Origin: Massalongia carnosa
Lineage: Eukaryota
Direction of reading: 5' to 3'
NCBI GenBank assembly: GCA_965645245.1
Contig: OZ287073.1
Location: 1,674,001-1,738,000 of the forward strand
Length of the DNA stretch: 64,000 nt
In this document: one piece after another, positions 13,184-26,949 of the stretch
How the letters are laid out: every line of letters begins with the position of its first letter
Position numbering within the stretch: the first letter of the stretch is position 1
Notes under the pieces: generated by a model
Told to the model about the DNA's origin: nothing
The model's database searches: none
The model's input: only the letters and a program-made list of their open reading frames with translations
Program-made: the position numbers and the translations under genes

Positions 13184-15013
13184 CTAACCGTCTTTAACAA
13201 TCCTGAATTCCCATTGCGAAATCGCGCTTTCCATTCTCCTTAGCTCCACCTCCTGCTGGGCCTTGGGAGGGATCATCGGGTGGCACAAGGCCCAGCCGGC
13301 GCGGTGGCAGAGCTCGGCGACGACGACGTCGCAGTCGCCGAGAAGGTCAATGTCGAAGTTTATGTGGGGGCAGGGCTGTTATTTGCAGGGGTTAGTGGAT
13401 TTGTCCTGAGAGTGGGGAGGGGGGTTTGGTTATAGAATGGAAGGGGGAGGGAAAAGTTAGGAAGGCAAGAGAAGGTTGGAACAGGGAAAGTAGAAGCTAA
13501 GGAAGGAAAATGAACCGACCTCTCTTGAGATGTAGAGCTGGGGGATATGCGCCGGGAGGAAGCCAGGGATGTCGGACACAGGCGCAACTTTCAATGAGGT
13601 GCCTATTACCAGCACTAAGTCGACGAGGTCGCGGTCGTGCTCGAGGAGGCGGGTGTGAAAAGTTTGCGGGAGGTCCTCGCCGAAGAAGGTGATATCGGGC
13701 TAGATACATGTTGGATATTTGTTGATTAGCTATCGAGCAAGTAGATGCGCCCTTTCGAGCTGGGATGCTAAGGGGGGATAGTTTCCTACAAGTCAGGCTC
13801 ATGGTTACGTACCTTCATGACGCCTGCGATAGAAATATCAAAGTCTTCGTCGTCGGTGCTGTCTTCATAATCCTTCCGGACCCGTTTGTTCTTTGAAACT
13901 CCATTCGAGCTTCGTTTTCGCTTCATCCCCCCCGGTTTAGCCTGTCGAATGAGCCGTATACATCGATCGCAGCGCGCGACCCGGCCGGCTTTGAGTTCCT
14001 TGTATATCGCTTCACCCTTGACCTTGTATTTGCATTCCACGCATGTGGCCGTTGCGAAGGAGCCATGGCATTGAATCAATTTCTCCGGGAGGATCCCAGC
14101 GTGGCCTTCCAGGTTGTCGATATTTTGCGTAAAGTTCGTTAGGAGTTTGCCCTTTTCCTGCAGAAGCCGGATGAAGGCGTGGGTAGGGGAATATTTGTTC
14201 GCGGTGGGGATGATGTCTTTGGCGACGGAGTAGAAGATGCTCGGGTCCTCGCGAAAGATGCTAATGTCGAAGGCTTCTTGCGGGTCACTGAGACCAAGGC
14301 ATTCGAGCTTAGAGTAAAGACCAGTTTCTTTAGACCGGAAGTCGGGGATACCTAAACTAGTTGATATCTGCGATCTGTCAGTCAGCTAGGTTCAACGGTT
14401 ATCGAGGTAGACTTGCCCCTGCCCCAGTCACCACGACAATATTCGTCGATTTCTTTAACAGCGACACCGCGTCATCAACTGTGTTGTACTGTAGCAGCTT
14501 CTGTCGTTTTGCTAGCTCGCGGGCCATGCAAAGACTTAGTAAGGTGTAATAAGAAGGATCGTCCGCGCCGTCCAAGAATGGGGGTAATCGACTGCAAAAA
14601 GCCGTGCATAGCTTCTTTGCCGTGATCGTATCAGCTTCCACCGTCTCAGCAGCAAACCGTTCAGCACCGAGTAGCCGTAACTTTGCGCGGTACGCCTTTG
14701 CTTCGTCTGGCGTGCACACATCTTCTGATGGGTCGGCTAAAATCCATCAGTAAGTCTACCCTGCAGCAGAAAGTGAGGGTTTCTATTCACCGAGAGCTAG
14801 CTCATCATCTGTCATCGCATCCAATGCATCTTCGTACATGGATAATCCATCAGCCTCGTCATCTACGCTGTTATCATCATCGCCCCCAACTTTTGAGCGC
14901 GGTATTTGCAATTTTTCTCCTTCTGAGGAGCCATCATCGGAGAGAAGATCGATAATCTCAATCGCAGGATTTTTGAGCGAAGACTCATGCCGTTCGCTAT
15001 GTCTGCTTGCCAT
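13184..15013 (-). CDS. SIR2: NAD-dependent histone deacetylase Sir2/Hst1, multi-exon
   Basis: [70 protein letters not shown]; stop at 13184-13186. Confidence 0.95.
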
Positions 15014-15510
15014 GGCTTCTTTCTGTACACTCCTAGCTGCAGCAGCGCCACGAGTTTACTTCGATGATATTGATCTACAGGGTTATCCTCTTAGCGCCAG
15101 GCGCGCGTGCAAAAGCCGAGTGATTTGCACTCCTATTACTTCATGGATTCAAAGGTGATGGTTTACAAGAAATCAGGGGAACTACATGCAGGACCATTGA
15201 TCGCGTTTCAACATAAGAAATCCTTTGCCACATTAACTACTACCAGAAACCAAACGACTTATTTACATTATGCTACATCGAAGATAACCTATCCTTCTGT
15301 TACGTCTTTAAAGGTAAAGGATTTAGATCCATCCTAAGTAAGCAGCTGCTATTCAATCAAGATTGAAAGCGAGAATGAAGACGTAGTTGTCCGTAAAACC
15401 AACCACCCAATCGTGAGCTCCATGGCATCGATCATCGCGTGTGGGGTATCTTTAAAACATGTATTCCGTACGCCAAATGTCATCGTCCTTCGTATAATTA
15501 TCGTACATCA

Positions 15511-17497
15511 TCATTCGGTATCTAGGAGTAGCTGGGTTGAATAATCTGTCTGAGGGCGCTTGCGCTTCATAGGTCGGGTAGGATCATGGACCTTCATGTG
15601 TCGCTCTAGCGTGCCTGGCAAAATGTCAGAAAACAAGTGAACCCCCCCCTTCAAACAAAGGTACAGTGTATTCTGGTTGGCATACTTGACCTGCTGAATT
15701 TCTTGTTGCAGATGGGGCAAGGATGTTCGGGTGGCTCATGCGCTGCCGAAAGTCAGTCTAAAGGATTTGAGGTGCTGGCGCTTCGGGGTTTGACGTACTC
15801 TTCTTGTGCTTCGCCATGTTAGAAGACTGCGAAGTCAGAGGTTAGCATAAGGAACCCAAGCGCTGCGTTTCGTAGGAGAATCATACATCAGCACAAGCAT
15901 ATTCGCAGACTGTGCAGATCAAAGGTTTAGCGCCAGTATGGTGACGTTTGTGGATTGCTAGCGAGAGGTTAGATTGGAATGATTTAATCAAACATGAATA
16001 TTACTCAAGGCCCCATCGGTAGCAAATGCTTGGTCACACTCGTCGCACGCATAAGGTCTCTCCCCAGTATGTACGCGCTCATGATTTTCAAGTGCTGGGG
16101 TGTTATTGAAACGCTTTCCGCAGAAGGAACAGGCTGCGATCCAATCTGCAATATATATCAGTAACCCGAAGCCGACACACTCGGCGGTGACCGTATATGG
16201 ATAACGTACGGCCGGTATGGATATATAGATGCCTCCTCAACTTCTCCCGACTCTGCAGCGGCTTCCCTACCCTCCTGCAACGTAACCAATTACATAAGAT
16301 CGGGTCCTGGATTCTGCTTTCGTACTCCCGAACGTGAACGTCCTCCGCATGAGCTTGCAATTCAATGCCGTCCTTAAAATTCATCCCACATACTTTACCT
16401 GTTGTGAGGTCTGTTATCCACATGCACACACTTACTTCATGCGCTTCCGGAACTTGGCCTATCAGTGAGGAATGCTTAAAAAATACTGGGGTTGCTGGAT
16501 GTATAGGAATTTGCAGTGCTGATTGGTCGGAACCCATAGGCGATGGCAAGGCATTCAGAGATGGCGATACTATAGAACCGTGGGAAAATTGCTTTGAGCC
16601 ATTTTGGATAGGAGAAGAGTGAGAGTTGGTAGCAAACTGTGTCGAAAGATGTAGAGCCGGGCGATTCTCAGCGTAGGAAGGCAACTGGAACTGATGCTCA
16701 TACTGGGTTGGCGCAACAAGGATATCTTCAAGGTTGTTCGTGAAAAGATGTTCCATATCAACGTGACTTTTCAGCTGGTTCTGACCGATTTTAGAGACTT
16801 CGCACCCTGCCCAGTGACAGTCAACTCTGGCGTGAGCCTGCTTCATATGGGTGTCTAACTGCTCATGATCGGGGAAGGAAAGTTCACAGTTTTGCCAAAG
16901 ACACACATAACTGCCCGGATTGTGTTCGCGCATTACATGAGTTGGTGCCTGCGCCGCATCAAGGACTTGGGCGCACTGATCCCATGGACATGTAACGGTG
17001 TTTTGCGGGGCAATGTGGTCTTTAAGCACATGTTGCCCGAGAGCATTCATCGTTGGAACAGACACGTTGCATTGTTGGCCAGGATTGACCCACAGACAAT
17101 GCTTTGAATCCCCGGCCCCCATATTGAGGCTCGGGCTTGAGAAGTCAACGCCCAAAGGGCGAGGTTGGTCAGGAGATGCAGCAAGGCCAGCCGGGCCGAC
17201 CTGTGCTGGGGAAGCTTCGACGCATGTAGTGTTGGTGCACTCTTGGCTGGCACCACACACGTCAAGCCGGTCGCAGCCCTCGGTTCCTGCGCAGGAAGGG
17301 GTGCACCCTTGCTGGCAGTGGTCGAGGAAGCAAGCATCATCGCAAGATTGCGAGCTGCATTCTTCCCAGCACGATTCCGAATACTGACTTACCCTCCTGG
17401 CATCCCCAGGAGGGTAGTCTGCGCGGAAAAACACGTTTTCAGTCATGCCAGTGACATCGACTGGCGGGAACGAGGGCGCCGAGAGTTCTAAACGCAA
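15511..17497 (-). CDS. Multi-C2H2 zinc-finger transcription factor with Cys-rich N-terminal segment; start codon uncertain
   Basis: CxW..C...H...H fingers (CPWDQC, CLWQNC, CHWAGC, CMW..C, CNWLRC) followed by classic fingers with HTGERPYACDEC and HTGAKPLICTVC linkers over several GT-AG introns. Confidence 0.85.
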
Positions 17498-19315
17498 TCA
17501 GTCCCGGTTAGCGAAAAACATCACAGATAAACCTATTTTTATGCTAAATCACAGAAGAGGGGTATTTTAGATGCCCAGCGAAGGCTGATCGTCCTTTTTA
17601 GAGGATGGATCCATATCACCCCGAAAATGAAGTTATGAAAAGCTTGGTATCAAATTCGAGACGATACTAACATGAAATAAAATCATTGATAACTTGCTTG
17701 AGCGAAGGCTTTGGGCAGCAGGATAAGTAAGGTCAGGCCTCACAAATGGGAAGATATTGCAGTGGTTTCAAATCGAAATACTAATAGCACTCTGGGGTAT
17801 AATACCTTCTAATGGATGTGACTCGTTGAATGCGAGAAGGGCGCGAAAGAGGTTTTGATCTTGAAAGCTCAGGTTGAGGAAGTCGTGATCTGCCATGATG
17901 AATAACTATCGATTAGTCGACGGATTATGGTAATTCCGAGAGAAAAATGTGGCGTAGCAAGATGTGGCGTTGCATATGTACATGATGAATACATCAGCTA
18001 GTCCAGACTTGGTGAGGCCTCTACTCTGCACAGTGAATGAAGCCGAAAGCTTCCGTGCCTGTGAACTACCTCGCTACTTTGTGTTGAAATGGCATGGCAT
18101 TTCCCGCGTCCAGGCAAAGTCTTGTTTTCATCGTTAAGTCCTCAGCACAAACAATGAGTGCCAACATTATCAACTCCCAAACCTTCATCTCTCAGTTCAG
18201 TATAGATATCGCCAAAAAGGGTTGATCTGCTCTGTAATTCTCCACACCTATGCATGCATATGCAGCTTTGGATTCTCGGATCATTTTTTAAAACCACATA
18301 TGAGTGAGTACTCCGTACAGAATACTTACAGGGTCGATGGGTATTGAGCGAAGGAAGAAATAACTAACGCGCCTGACTTTAATAGTTAATCCGATCGCGG
18401 CTGCCACACAGGTACGCACGGAAGTCAGACGTATGCGCGGGTGGCGCGGTGACTTGCCACGTGTTCGCTTACCCTATTCTTCTAATCAGAGATTCTTGTC
18501 CGCGCTTTGCACATGATTGTCTCCTAAACTGTTTGCATGAAATATCTAGGGCTACGATAATCGCATTTCGGGTCTAAGAAATGAGTTGTCTAAATGATTA
18601 GGTATAACTAAGGCAAGCTATAGATCGCTGTCTTTAAAGGTTTATTCATAGAAGTATTTTTTACGAACAAAACATTTATCTAGCTACCAAAGCTACTATG
18701 AAGGCTGCAGAGTTGCTATTTCTCCGTCGAGTAATAGTGCCAGCATGAGGGTGGCCCCACCAAATCCTATCAGACGTTTTCTCTACTCTCAGCGTGTAGA
18801 GAAGTAGTAACTATAGATGGGTCCTGATCTCCTCCTTCAACCACTATACATACCCACTTCAATAGAGACATCAGACTTATTGTATAATCACGAGTCTTGG
18901 ATGGAGTACGAACATCGATGGATCTTTTTTATCTTGAAAGCTTTAAAACATCCACCAGATCTATTACCATCCGGATAAGCTCGATATATTCACCATGTCT
19001 TCTAACTGCATCATCAACAGCAAGCTCTTTTCTACAATTTCAATGGGCGGGAAAAGAAAATTGTTCTAAGTATTGCTGCAAAGACTCAGATGTCGGAACA
19101 CCTGATGGAAACCGCACGAGCTCACAGCCTGCCTTCTAAAGTGCGGTTGTGAAAGACCCACCGCCTCTGCCTGAAGGTATAGCCGAGTTGATCTAGCGCT
19201 CAGTCTTAATCCTGTTATATTCTCTGTAGGAAAGACTCACAGGCGCACAGTGAAATTCAGCACCCCAACCCCGGCGATGAAGTGATAAATTTCGTTAATA
19301 TATTACGATTATCAT

Positions 19316-20138
19316 TCTGGGCCAAAAGCTTACTGATCGACTCAAAAATAGTTCAACCACCAAAGGCACACCCACCATGGTTCGAAGTCTACCCGGCGTG
19401 GCACCGCGAAGCTACCGTTGCGGCAACGGCCCGACACAAGCAGATGCAAACAATCAAAGCACGACAAATGAAGGTCTGGAACGACTCGTGGTGCGCATAT
19501 CAAAATCGCGTCATCGAACCCTCCATAGCACAATCAGTCCCACTGAGCAAAAAACGGCTGAAAATACACACGCAGCTAAAAAAGGCAGAAAGCGCTCTAA
19601 CAACTCAAATCCGCACTGGCAAGATCGGGTTAGCTGACTTCCTCTACAAGCGACGGGTGACCTCCGTCACCTCACCGGCCTGCTCATGTGGCTGGCACAG
19701 ACAAACTCCAGAACATGTAATCATGTTCTGCAGACTTATTGACAATAGAGAACAGATGTTTCGCGCCGCCGGCACGAGTGACTATCAGCAGCTGACCAAA
19801 TCATCAAAAACTCTGAAGATACTAACTGCTTGGCTAATGAAAACAGGCTTATTGAATCAATTCTCACTAGCATCAACATTATTGTAAAATCAACAATAGT
19901 TGAACCTTTCTTTCTTTCTTCTCTTTTCACAAGGCATTACAGTTCCCACACGTCTTTTGCACTGCGTCTCCCGCCCGACGTCGACCCGTAGTCACATCGG
20001 ACGGGTATCAAGGGACATGGTTTTTACACCTGTGAAAGGTTTTCCATGTAACATAACTTAGATAGCTTTGCCCGCATGGGCCGGCCTACGGCCGGTGTCA
20101 TATCGGAGTATGAACACATCATCATCATCATCATCATC
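19316..20138 (+). mobile_element. 5'-truncated non-LTR retrotransposon (Tad1-like LINE): ORF2 C-terminus, 3' UTR, (CAT)n tail, 14-bp TSD
   Basis: ORF ends ...LTTQIRTGKIGLADFL...CSCGWHRQTPEHVIMFC...WLMKTGLLNQFSLA*; (CAT)8 tail; ATTACGATTATCAT at 19302-19315 and 20139-20152. Confidence 0.9.
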
Positions 20139-20601
20139 ATTACGATTATCATATTGCGAAGCCAACTTAGGCTGAACGACTACCTGATCTTTAGAAGCTA
20201 AATTAGTTTTTACGAGAGGACGACTTCAAAGGTCAGTCTGCTCTTGAAAGGGATAGTCGAATGATTGAGTTTGGGTGAGGATATTGTCGAGTATTTAATA
20301 TTAGAATTTCCTTGGTGACAACGAAGGGAAAGCATTGTAGACAAAAAGAAAGGATACCATCAGCATCATTTTACCGTTACATAGAATGGCTTGTATCGCA
20401 GCTGATGGTGGGCCATGAGGGAAATCAGTTTCAACAGCCGTAAATAAACGCGGGAACTCGAAAACGCCTTTAAGTTGTTCCATTACTACATATGCTAGTT
20501 TCATCATCTTACAGTGATAATAATACACTCTATAAGATAGATATACTATGTGCTGTCAATTAAGTTCTTAAAACTTTTCATCAACGCGTTTGACTCTATT
20601 T

Positions 20602-21685
20602 ATGGCTAATCGTCTCAAAGTGGGACAGCAGTTGCAGGGGAAATTGAGCGTCTACACGATCCTTGAACAGAGGCATGAAAATATCTAGATTGCAAACGTA
20701 AGATGCTGACATGATACCCTGTAATCCATCATTCTGACCATGAATAGAATTGCGACAACGCAGAAAGTCATCGTCAAGGTAGCTCCTGCTTACCGATTAG
20801 AGAATGAATTCCGAGTTCTCCAGGCTGTCGGTGGAAATCCATGCATTCGACCACTCATTGAGACAACCAAAGAACCTCACTCTCTGGTCTTGAGGCATTT
20901 AGATGACAATCTGCTCGACGTATCGAATACAAAGCGTCTCGAAAAAGCCGACATCAAAAATTTCGCCCATAATATGCTTACAACGATAGACGCACTTCAT
21001 GGAAAAGGTTACGTCCACACGGATTAGTTTCATAACCAAGTATTGGTCAATGCTTGTCCTAACATTACACACATCAAACCCGACAATATACTGGTCAACT
21101 ATGGTTGTGGTTCTGCTCACTTCAGCGAAATTTAGTTAGGAGATTGCGGGGACATATGCATGGTCGACCCGAACGCGGACCCACTCGAAGGCCCTATTAT
21201 TGGCGCAGCTATCTTTCGTAGCCCTGAGGCAATGATCAATCTTCGTTGGAAGGCTTCGATAGATATCTGGTCATTTGGGGCAACGATAAGTAGAATAGTA
21301 CTCCCCAATTGCATATCCTAGTTAATGGCGGTGATATAGTTAATCAGTCTTATTTGGGGCGACAACTGACACATCTTTAGGCCTGAAAACATTGATATTG
21401 ATAGTGCGGAATATCTGCTGCTAGTCCTCATTAACCAAGCGAGCATCTTTGGGCCGGTGCCCCTGAGTTTTCAGGAGATTGCCGATGACGAGAGACTGGA
21501 GGTTCTTACTAAGACAATCCACTTTATCAACGACAATAATCTTAAAAAACCTTTTTACCTGTCTGCAGATAAGGAATTATCAAAGGAGAGATAGCACTTT
21601 TATCTGCAAGATTATGCAACTAGATCCACGAGACCGACCAATCGCGAAGGAGCTTTTATAGGACGAATGGTTTCGAAAAGACTAG
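20602..21685 (+). pseudogene. Ser/Thr protein kinase pseudogene (fungal CMGC/SRPK-like family)
   Basis: VIVK, GYVHT(D)..IKPDNILVN, LGDCG, FRSPEAM, DIWSFG, LDPRDRP motifs; in-frame stops at 20686, 21133, 21367, 21659 and a damaged intron near 21022. Confidence 0.88.
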
Positions 21686-23434
21686 GTCGTGCTCAAGGTT
21701 CATTAACTGTCTCAATAGTACCACAATAGCTATCCTACACAGCCAAATCACATTGCATATGTTAGAGAATGCAAAGTAGCAAGCAATAGGTAACATATTT
21801 TCAGATAATCGCAGTTTCACTTGATTTTGATGTTATTAAACTTACTATGCGAACGAATAATAATGTGTGACGTTTATCAAAATAGCACTGTTGAAAAAGG
21901 ACGATCACTTTTTATGGGATGATCAATGTCAGTGTTCATCGTCGGTTTGATACTTACCCAATCACGATAGAGCGAATCAAAAAGGTGTCCCATTCCTCAA
22001 TGTCACATTGCGTGAAGTACTTTGACCGTATGGACATGTCCCTTTTTCATTTCCAAGCTGGCCAAGGCGTATCTCTAAACCTCATATCTTTATGTCACGA
22101 TCCTATATCTGTAAAGCTGAGAGTTGCAACGATTGGTATCTAGAAGATCTTGGTCAAGCTATTGACCATCTGCGACGCAATCATGGCCAGAGATTCATCG
22201 ACTGACCGAACGCCATCGGCCTACCTGACTTTCATGGCCATCGCTGGTACTGCAAAAGATGCACGGGAAATTTTGACAAAGATCACCGAAGTTTTGATTT
22301 CCATCAAGCTATGTGGGACCACCTTACTGCTTGCCACAAACTTGTTCTGGACAGTATCGTGCCACGCTGGTAGAAACCCACATCTTCATTCCATACCCGG
22401 ACATGCCGACAATGGAATAGTTGTTCTACCAAGGAATGTCAAAGATTGCACGTTCAGCTCTAAATCGATGGCTGTATTTGGGTAGGCATTTCTCCTAACC
22501 CCCATGCTGTGAACGAGGAAGGGCGTTCCGAGGTGCTTGAGCAAGGGAATCCTTCTCACATCTCGTCCGAGTTTCAAGAATCATTCCTTACTTTGATTTG
22601 CGCATAAACAAGATCACTAATCCTTTACTTCCAAACCCACAGCTCCAACCAGCCCTCCCCACCACGCATAACCAGATATACGACCCTAGCAACGAAGTCG
22701 CTCTAGAAACTCGAGCTTCATCCCCCTCACTAATGAGAAGAATAAAAGAGAACGACAATAAACATGTATCAGCGCCCCACCTCCCAAAAGTAGCAACAGT
22801 AACGGTAAAAGATCGGGTTTGATGAGTGGGACTCCAAGTACGGGGCTGGAACGATCAGCAAGCAAGCAAGCAATCCGTCGTTGGCGTAAAGCTGGAAAGG
22901 AACCGAAGAGCGTGTGATTAGTTATCAGTATGTAACAAACGCCAACTTTAAAAGTCTTATATTCCCAACCCCGTTTTTCCGGACTTACCTATCCCGGTGT
23001 ATTTCCACCCTGGCGAAGCAATCCAGTTGCCCCGCCACCACCAGAGAACTGGTTCCTCCGTTTACTGAACGAGCCATTCATCATCATCCAGCTCTGATGG
23101 ATGTAGGGAGGGAGATAAATGGGTCCATAACTTAGCTTAAGTATGTAAAAGTTCATTGTAGGGTGCTAGTTATATCGTGCAGAAGTAAGGTAAGGAGGTA
23201 CCTACCTAGGTAATTACCCGGAGTAGAATCACGGGTTTTTGTCTACAGTGTAGCGATTTCTACGGGTTTTTTTGCTGCTCTGTACAAGAGCAATGTGAAA
23301 GGTCCTCGCTCGTATTTGCCCGCTCGCGAGGGAATGAGCGTGCCCATTTCCCAGTCTAGTACAAATACATGTAATGCCGTCGTCTGTTGCCGCGTTGGTG
23401 CTCTGTCGATTCCCTGTCACCATCCACAGTTCAG

Positions 23435-24895
23435 CTAAGCATTTCGCAGCCTGTTCCTCCGGCACCTGTTGCACGTGAGAATTCGACACTGCGTGCACTC
23501 GAAAATGTATCGCGAAAGGAGGTCGGTGCATGCTTCACAGCGGTGGGGGCCCACAAGATGACGCCAATTCTGATGATCGCAATTATGGCGTCCTCGAAGG
23601 TTAGCAACAGCTTGATTGAATTGGCGCTCTCCAGCTGCTCCGGCTCGAGGTCGACCACGAGCAACGATTTGGTTGGCCCGGGCTAGGAGGTTATTCTCGT
23701 CCCACTGCGCACAGCGGCAGGTTTTCCAACGTTGCCCACATAGGTAGCTATCAAGACCGGTCAGCTAGGTTGAAGAAGGAAGGGCATGATGAGGTACCAA
23801 AATGCTGCGCTGCAGGGACAACTGCAATTCAAGTCAGCGGTCGTTAAAACCTTTGTTCTCATGACGGCACCTACACCATATGATTGCATGCCATGTCAAG
23901 TTCAACGAGTCTCCGGCAGTTGTAGCACCGCTGCCACCCTTGTTGCCGTGCAGTTTCAAGGACCTGTTGAGTCGCAATGTCTTCCGGGCAGTCACCATCA
24001 TGGGCGTTATTTTTGCAGATGGTGCAAGTGCGTGTGCCACATGTAGTGCATGTTGCTTGCTCGCCAGTGATGTCGAGCGGGGCGATAAACAACGAGCAGG
24101 ACGGCTGGGAGCAATAGGTCCTATCAGAAGTCTTGAATTCAATGCTCTTCAGTTCGAGTGTGGCGAGTAAGGCGGAGCTCAGATATATCTTGACGGACTG
24201 AAAGGGAATCTCTTGACGGCAGCATCGAGGTGGAAACAAAGTTTCATCCGTAACCGATAGCTGAAAAGCGTGTGTAAGCACTCTTGGCAATAGTCGTGCC
24301 CACATGGGGTTTGAAAAGTCTCAAAGAGCGGCTTCTTGAGGTCGCATACGATGCACTGCCGGTAAACCGCGGTTAAAGGCTTTTGTCTTGATGCTGCCCA
24401 AGCTGCGGATTCCCCCCCAACGGAATGACCATCGTCTGCATTTTCCTCCAAGGCCTCGTTCTGGTCGTTTCTATCAGAGATGTAGAGTGCGGCCAATCTT
24501 GCTAGGAATCCGTCGTCCAAGGCACCTCCTGCTGTCGTCTGTTCCGGAGCAGCAGGCGGAGCATTAACCCCTGCTAAGCGATAAGCCAAAGCTCGATCCG
24601 CTGATGCGGCACTCTCAGCTGCCAGAGCCTCGTTTAACAACGCAGCGTCACTGATGACAGCTTGCATGAAACTTTGAGCCATGCTACGGTCAGCTCGGAT
24701 TCTCGCTGTCTCTTGAAGCTCTTGCTGATAGGTCGCTTTGGCCAGATCAGCATCTAATATTTCGCCATCACGGCCTTTGCCTTTGCGAGATTGTACGAGC
24801 TCCTCAATATCTCTATTTTGCAATTGCAGAATTAAGGTCGCTGTTGCGTCATCAACACGGTCAAGCTCGTGCCGAAACGGCAAGCTGATCTCCAT
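23435..24895 (-). CDS. RBR (RING-IBR-RING) E3 ubiquitin ligase-like protein with one apparent frameshift (pseudogene or assembly error)
   Basis: CIVC..PCGHDYCQEC / LFPPRCC / DRTYCSQPSC / WQRCYNCRRLVEL..ACNHMVCPCSAAFCYLCG..WKTCRC / C-terminal HNCDH..CEAC..CTQC..CNRC; frame break at T4 run 24264-24267. Confidence 0.85.
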
Positions 24896-25479
24896 CAGGA
24901 TCTAGGGGGTTTAAAATAACAACTGTGCTGTTTGGTGTGATGTTTTGGATTTATCCAAATCCTGATAGCGCCGACTACTAGACTTATCCACTGATGGTAC
25001 ACCATCTGGCGCGTTATTTCCCATCAACGGTGATACCCTCAATACTTTTATGTGGAAAAACGAAGGTTTCTAGATGGTAATCGACATGGTAGTGGTTTAG
25101 CTCCATACAGAGTAACTACACTCCGCTAGACTAATGAGATAACTTGTTAGCTAACCTTATCAGGTTATACTCTAAAAGACGGGATCGCTTGCATCGTATA
25201 GCTTGAATCTACAGAGAACGTATAAGCCATTTGTATTGAATGAATTGCCTACAGAATCGTGCTTTGATCAGATACTTTTTCTGAAGACGATCTGAGGGAT
25301 GATCTACAAATGATATGCGAGGTGGTTTGAAGGTGAGAAGAGTTGTGATTTGGAAGACGGTAAGAAAGGTAGTGGTTTTGATCTACCTATGCATATAGGT
25401 ACCTAAAGATAGAGTACACCATGTTAACTCGCGTTGTCCTTCTTGATATTGATTCAACTCAATATATAGAGTATTCCTT

Positions 25480-26380
25480 TTATAGACGCTGACACGATTG
25501 AGAAATTAAAGCCATCTAATCATATCAACAGTATCACCAATCCTCCCCCTTTACTTTGATCTCGAAGGAACTGATAATTCTTGCGAGGGATCTATTTCCA
25601 TCTTTCAGTTGCTCGCGCATCCTGGGACACTCTTTATCTCTTGATGTCAACGATCTTGGCAAAGCTACCTTCACGACGTTGGGGCTGGTGGGTAAATGCT
25701 CAAGAGCATCTTAGAGTCTGTTATCATCCCAAAAGGCTTCTTTGATGACCGCAATGACTCTACGCACTTTAAGTCTTTTTCGGCATCGCCCTATAGTGCA
25801 TCTAAGATGTTCAGCTCACAGAGAACGCCTTAAGAAGCCCCATCTCTTTAAAAAGGGTCGTCAACGGCCTCATGAGATGAATTGAAAAGGATGCTCTTAC
25901 TACACAGGAGTAGCAGGCCTGGAAAGCTATTAAAGAGTGAGGTGTAAGGCTTTTCAGCCTCTATAAAGATAGGTCTTATCAGGTCTTTAATGCGCGGCTG
26001 TTGAAGGAGGATATGAAGGCGTGTTGTGTGCAGGACATGGGTTTTTGCTGTATTTGCACAAAGTCGAATTCAGCCGGCATGAAAGATCAAAGCGAAGCAT
26101 GAAACACTGATGAGGATGCAGTCATCGCAACATGGAGCATATCAATCGAAGGATAGTCACAAAGCTTTGAGTCCATGACAGAATCTACGCGGTCATGCTC
26201 TTCAAGGCCATAATGATCGAGTACTCGGTGATTGCTGAGATAATTTCAGTGATCCGGGCTTAGATGATTTTGACGAACTATATGATCCGCTTGAAGACCT
26301 GGAAGACAATTACGAATTCGAGGACTTTACGATATCAGTTTTGAGGGCTTCACAAACAGCTCGTGACCTTCTCTAAGATG
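25480..26380 (+). pseudogene. DEDD 3'-5' exonuclease (fungal EXD-like) pseudogene
   Basis: Fragments LYFDLEG, YLLDV, LKSILES..IPKGFFD.RNDS, DVQL.E.A, Y.VFNAR, CVQD in shifting frames with many stops; boundaries approximate. Confidence 0.75.
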
Positions 26381-26949
26381 CAAACCCGGCTGTCTCTAAC
26401 TGTCTACATAACCCTTGAGGGAATCCTTGTATTTCTTTTTCCTATCAACACGGATTCGCCCGCTTTGATCTCGAAGCCGGATTGAATGTGCAGGGAGTAA
26501 ATATTCCGTTCGAGCTTTCATAGAGCTCTCTGAACTATCTTATCTGTCTAAGAAGACTGTCCGTGCCTGCTCGTTTATTCATCATAGACTCTTCCATTGG
26601 TGCTTAGAAGGTACTGATAGCTAACGTCGCTTTCGGGAACATGCATGATTAAATGCGGAACCTTGCGCTACGAGGTAGTCAGGATTTGGAGATGTGCTCA
26701 CATTGCTCGTGAGGGAGCATCCGAGATGCGCGACAGCAGCCATGAACCGAATGGAGGCTGTAACCTAGCTTCAGCCAGAGCGGGCAACGTCAGCAATTAC
26801 CCAATTAACAGTTATGCGACGTTTCAAACCCGATTGCTGCATAAAGCAGGTAAGCGAAAAGCAAGATATGAAAGTCGGCTAACTGCTAGGCAGCGCGAGA
26901 GAATATTGGAAAATATCAACGGCAAGCTTTTCTTCAGCAATTCTGCTAT

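Noticed and set aside
20686..20688. TAG at a Trp position as an A-to-I editing-corrected premature stop in the kinase
   Set aside because: Additional stops at Gln positions and a damaged splice site cannot be repaired by A-to-I editing; ordinary pseudogene
21919..22577. Coding-like fragments
   Set aside because: No recognisable motif or consistent gene model
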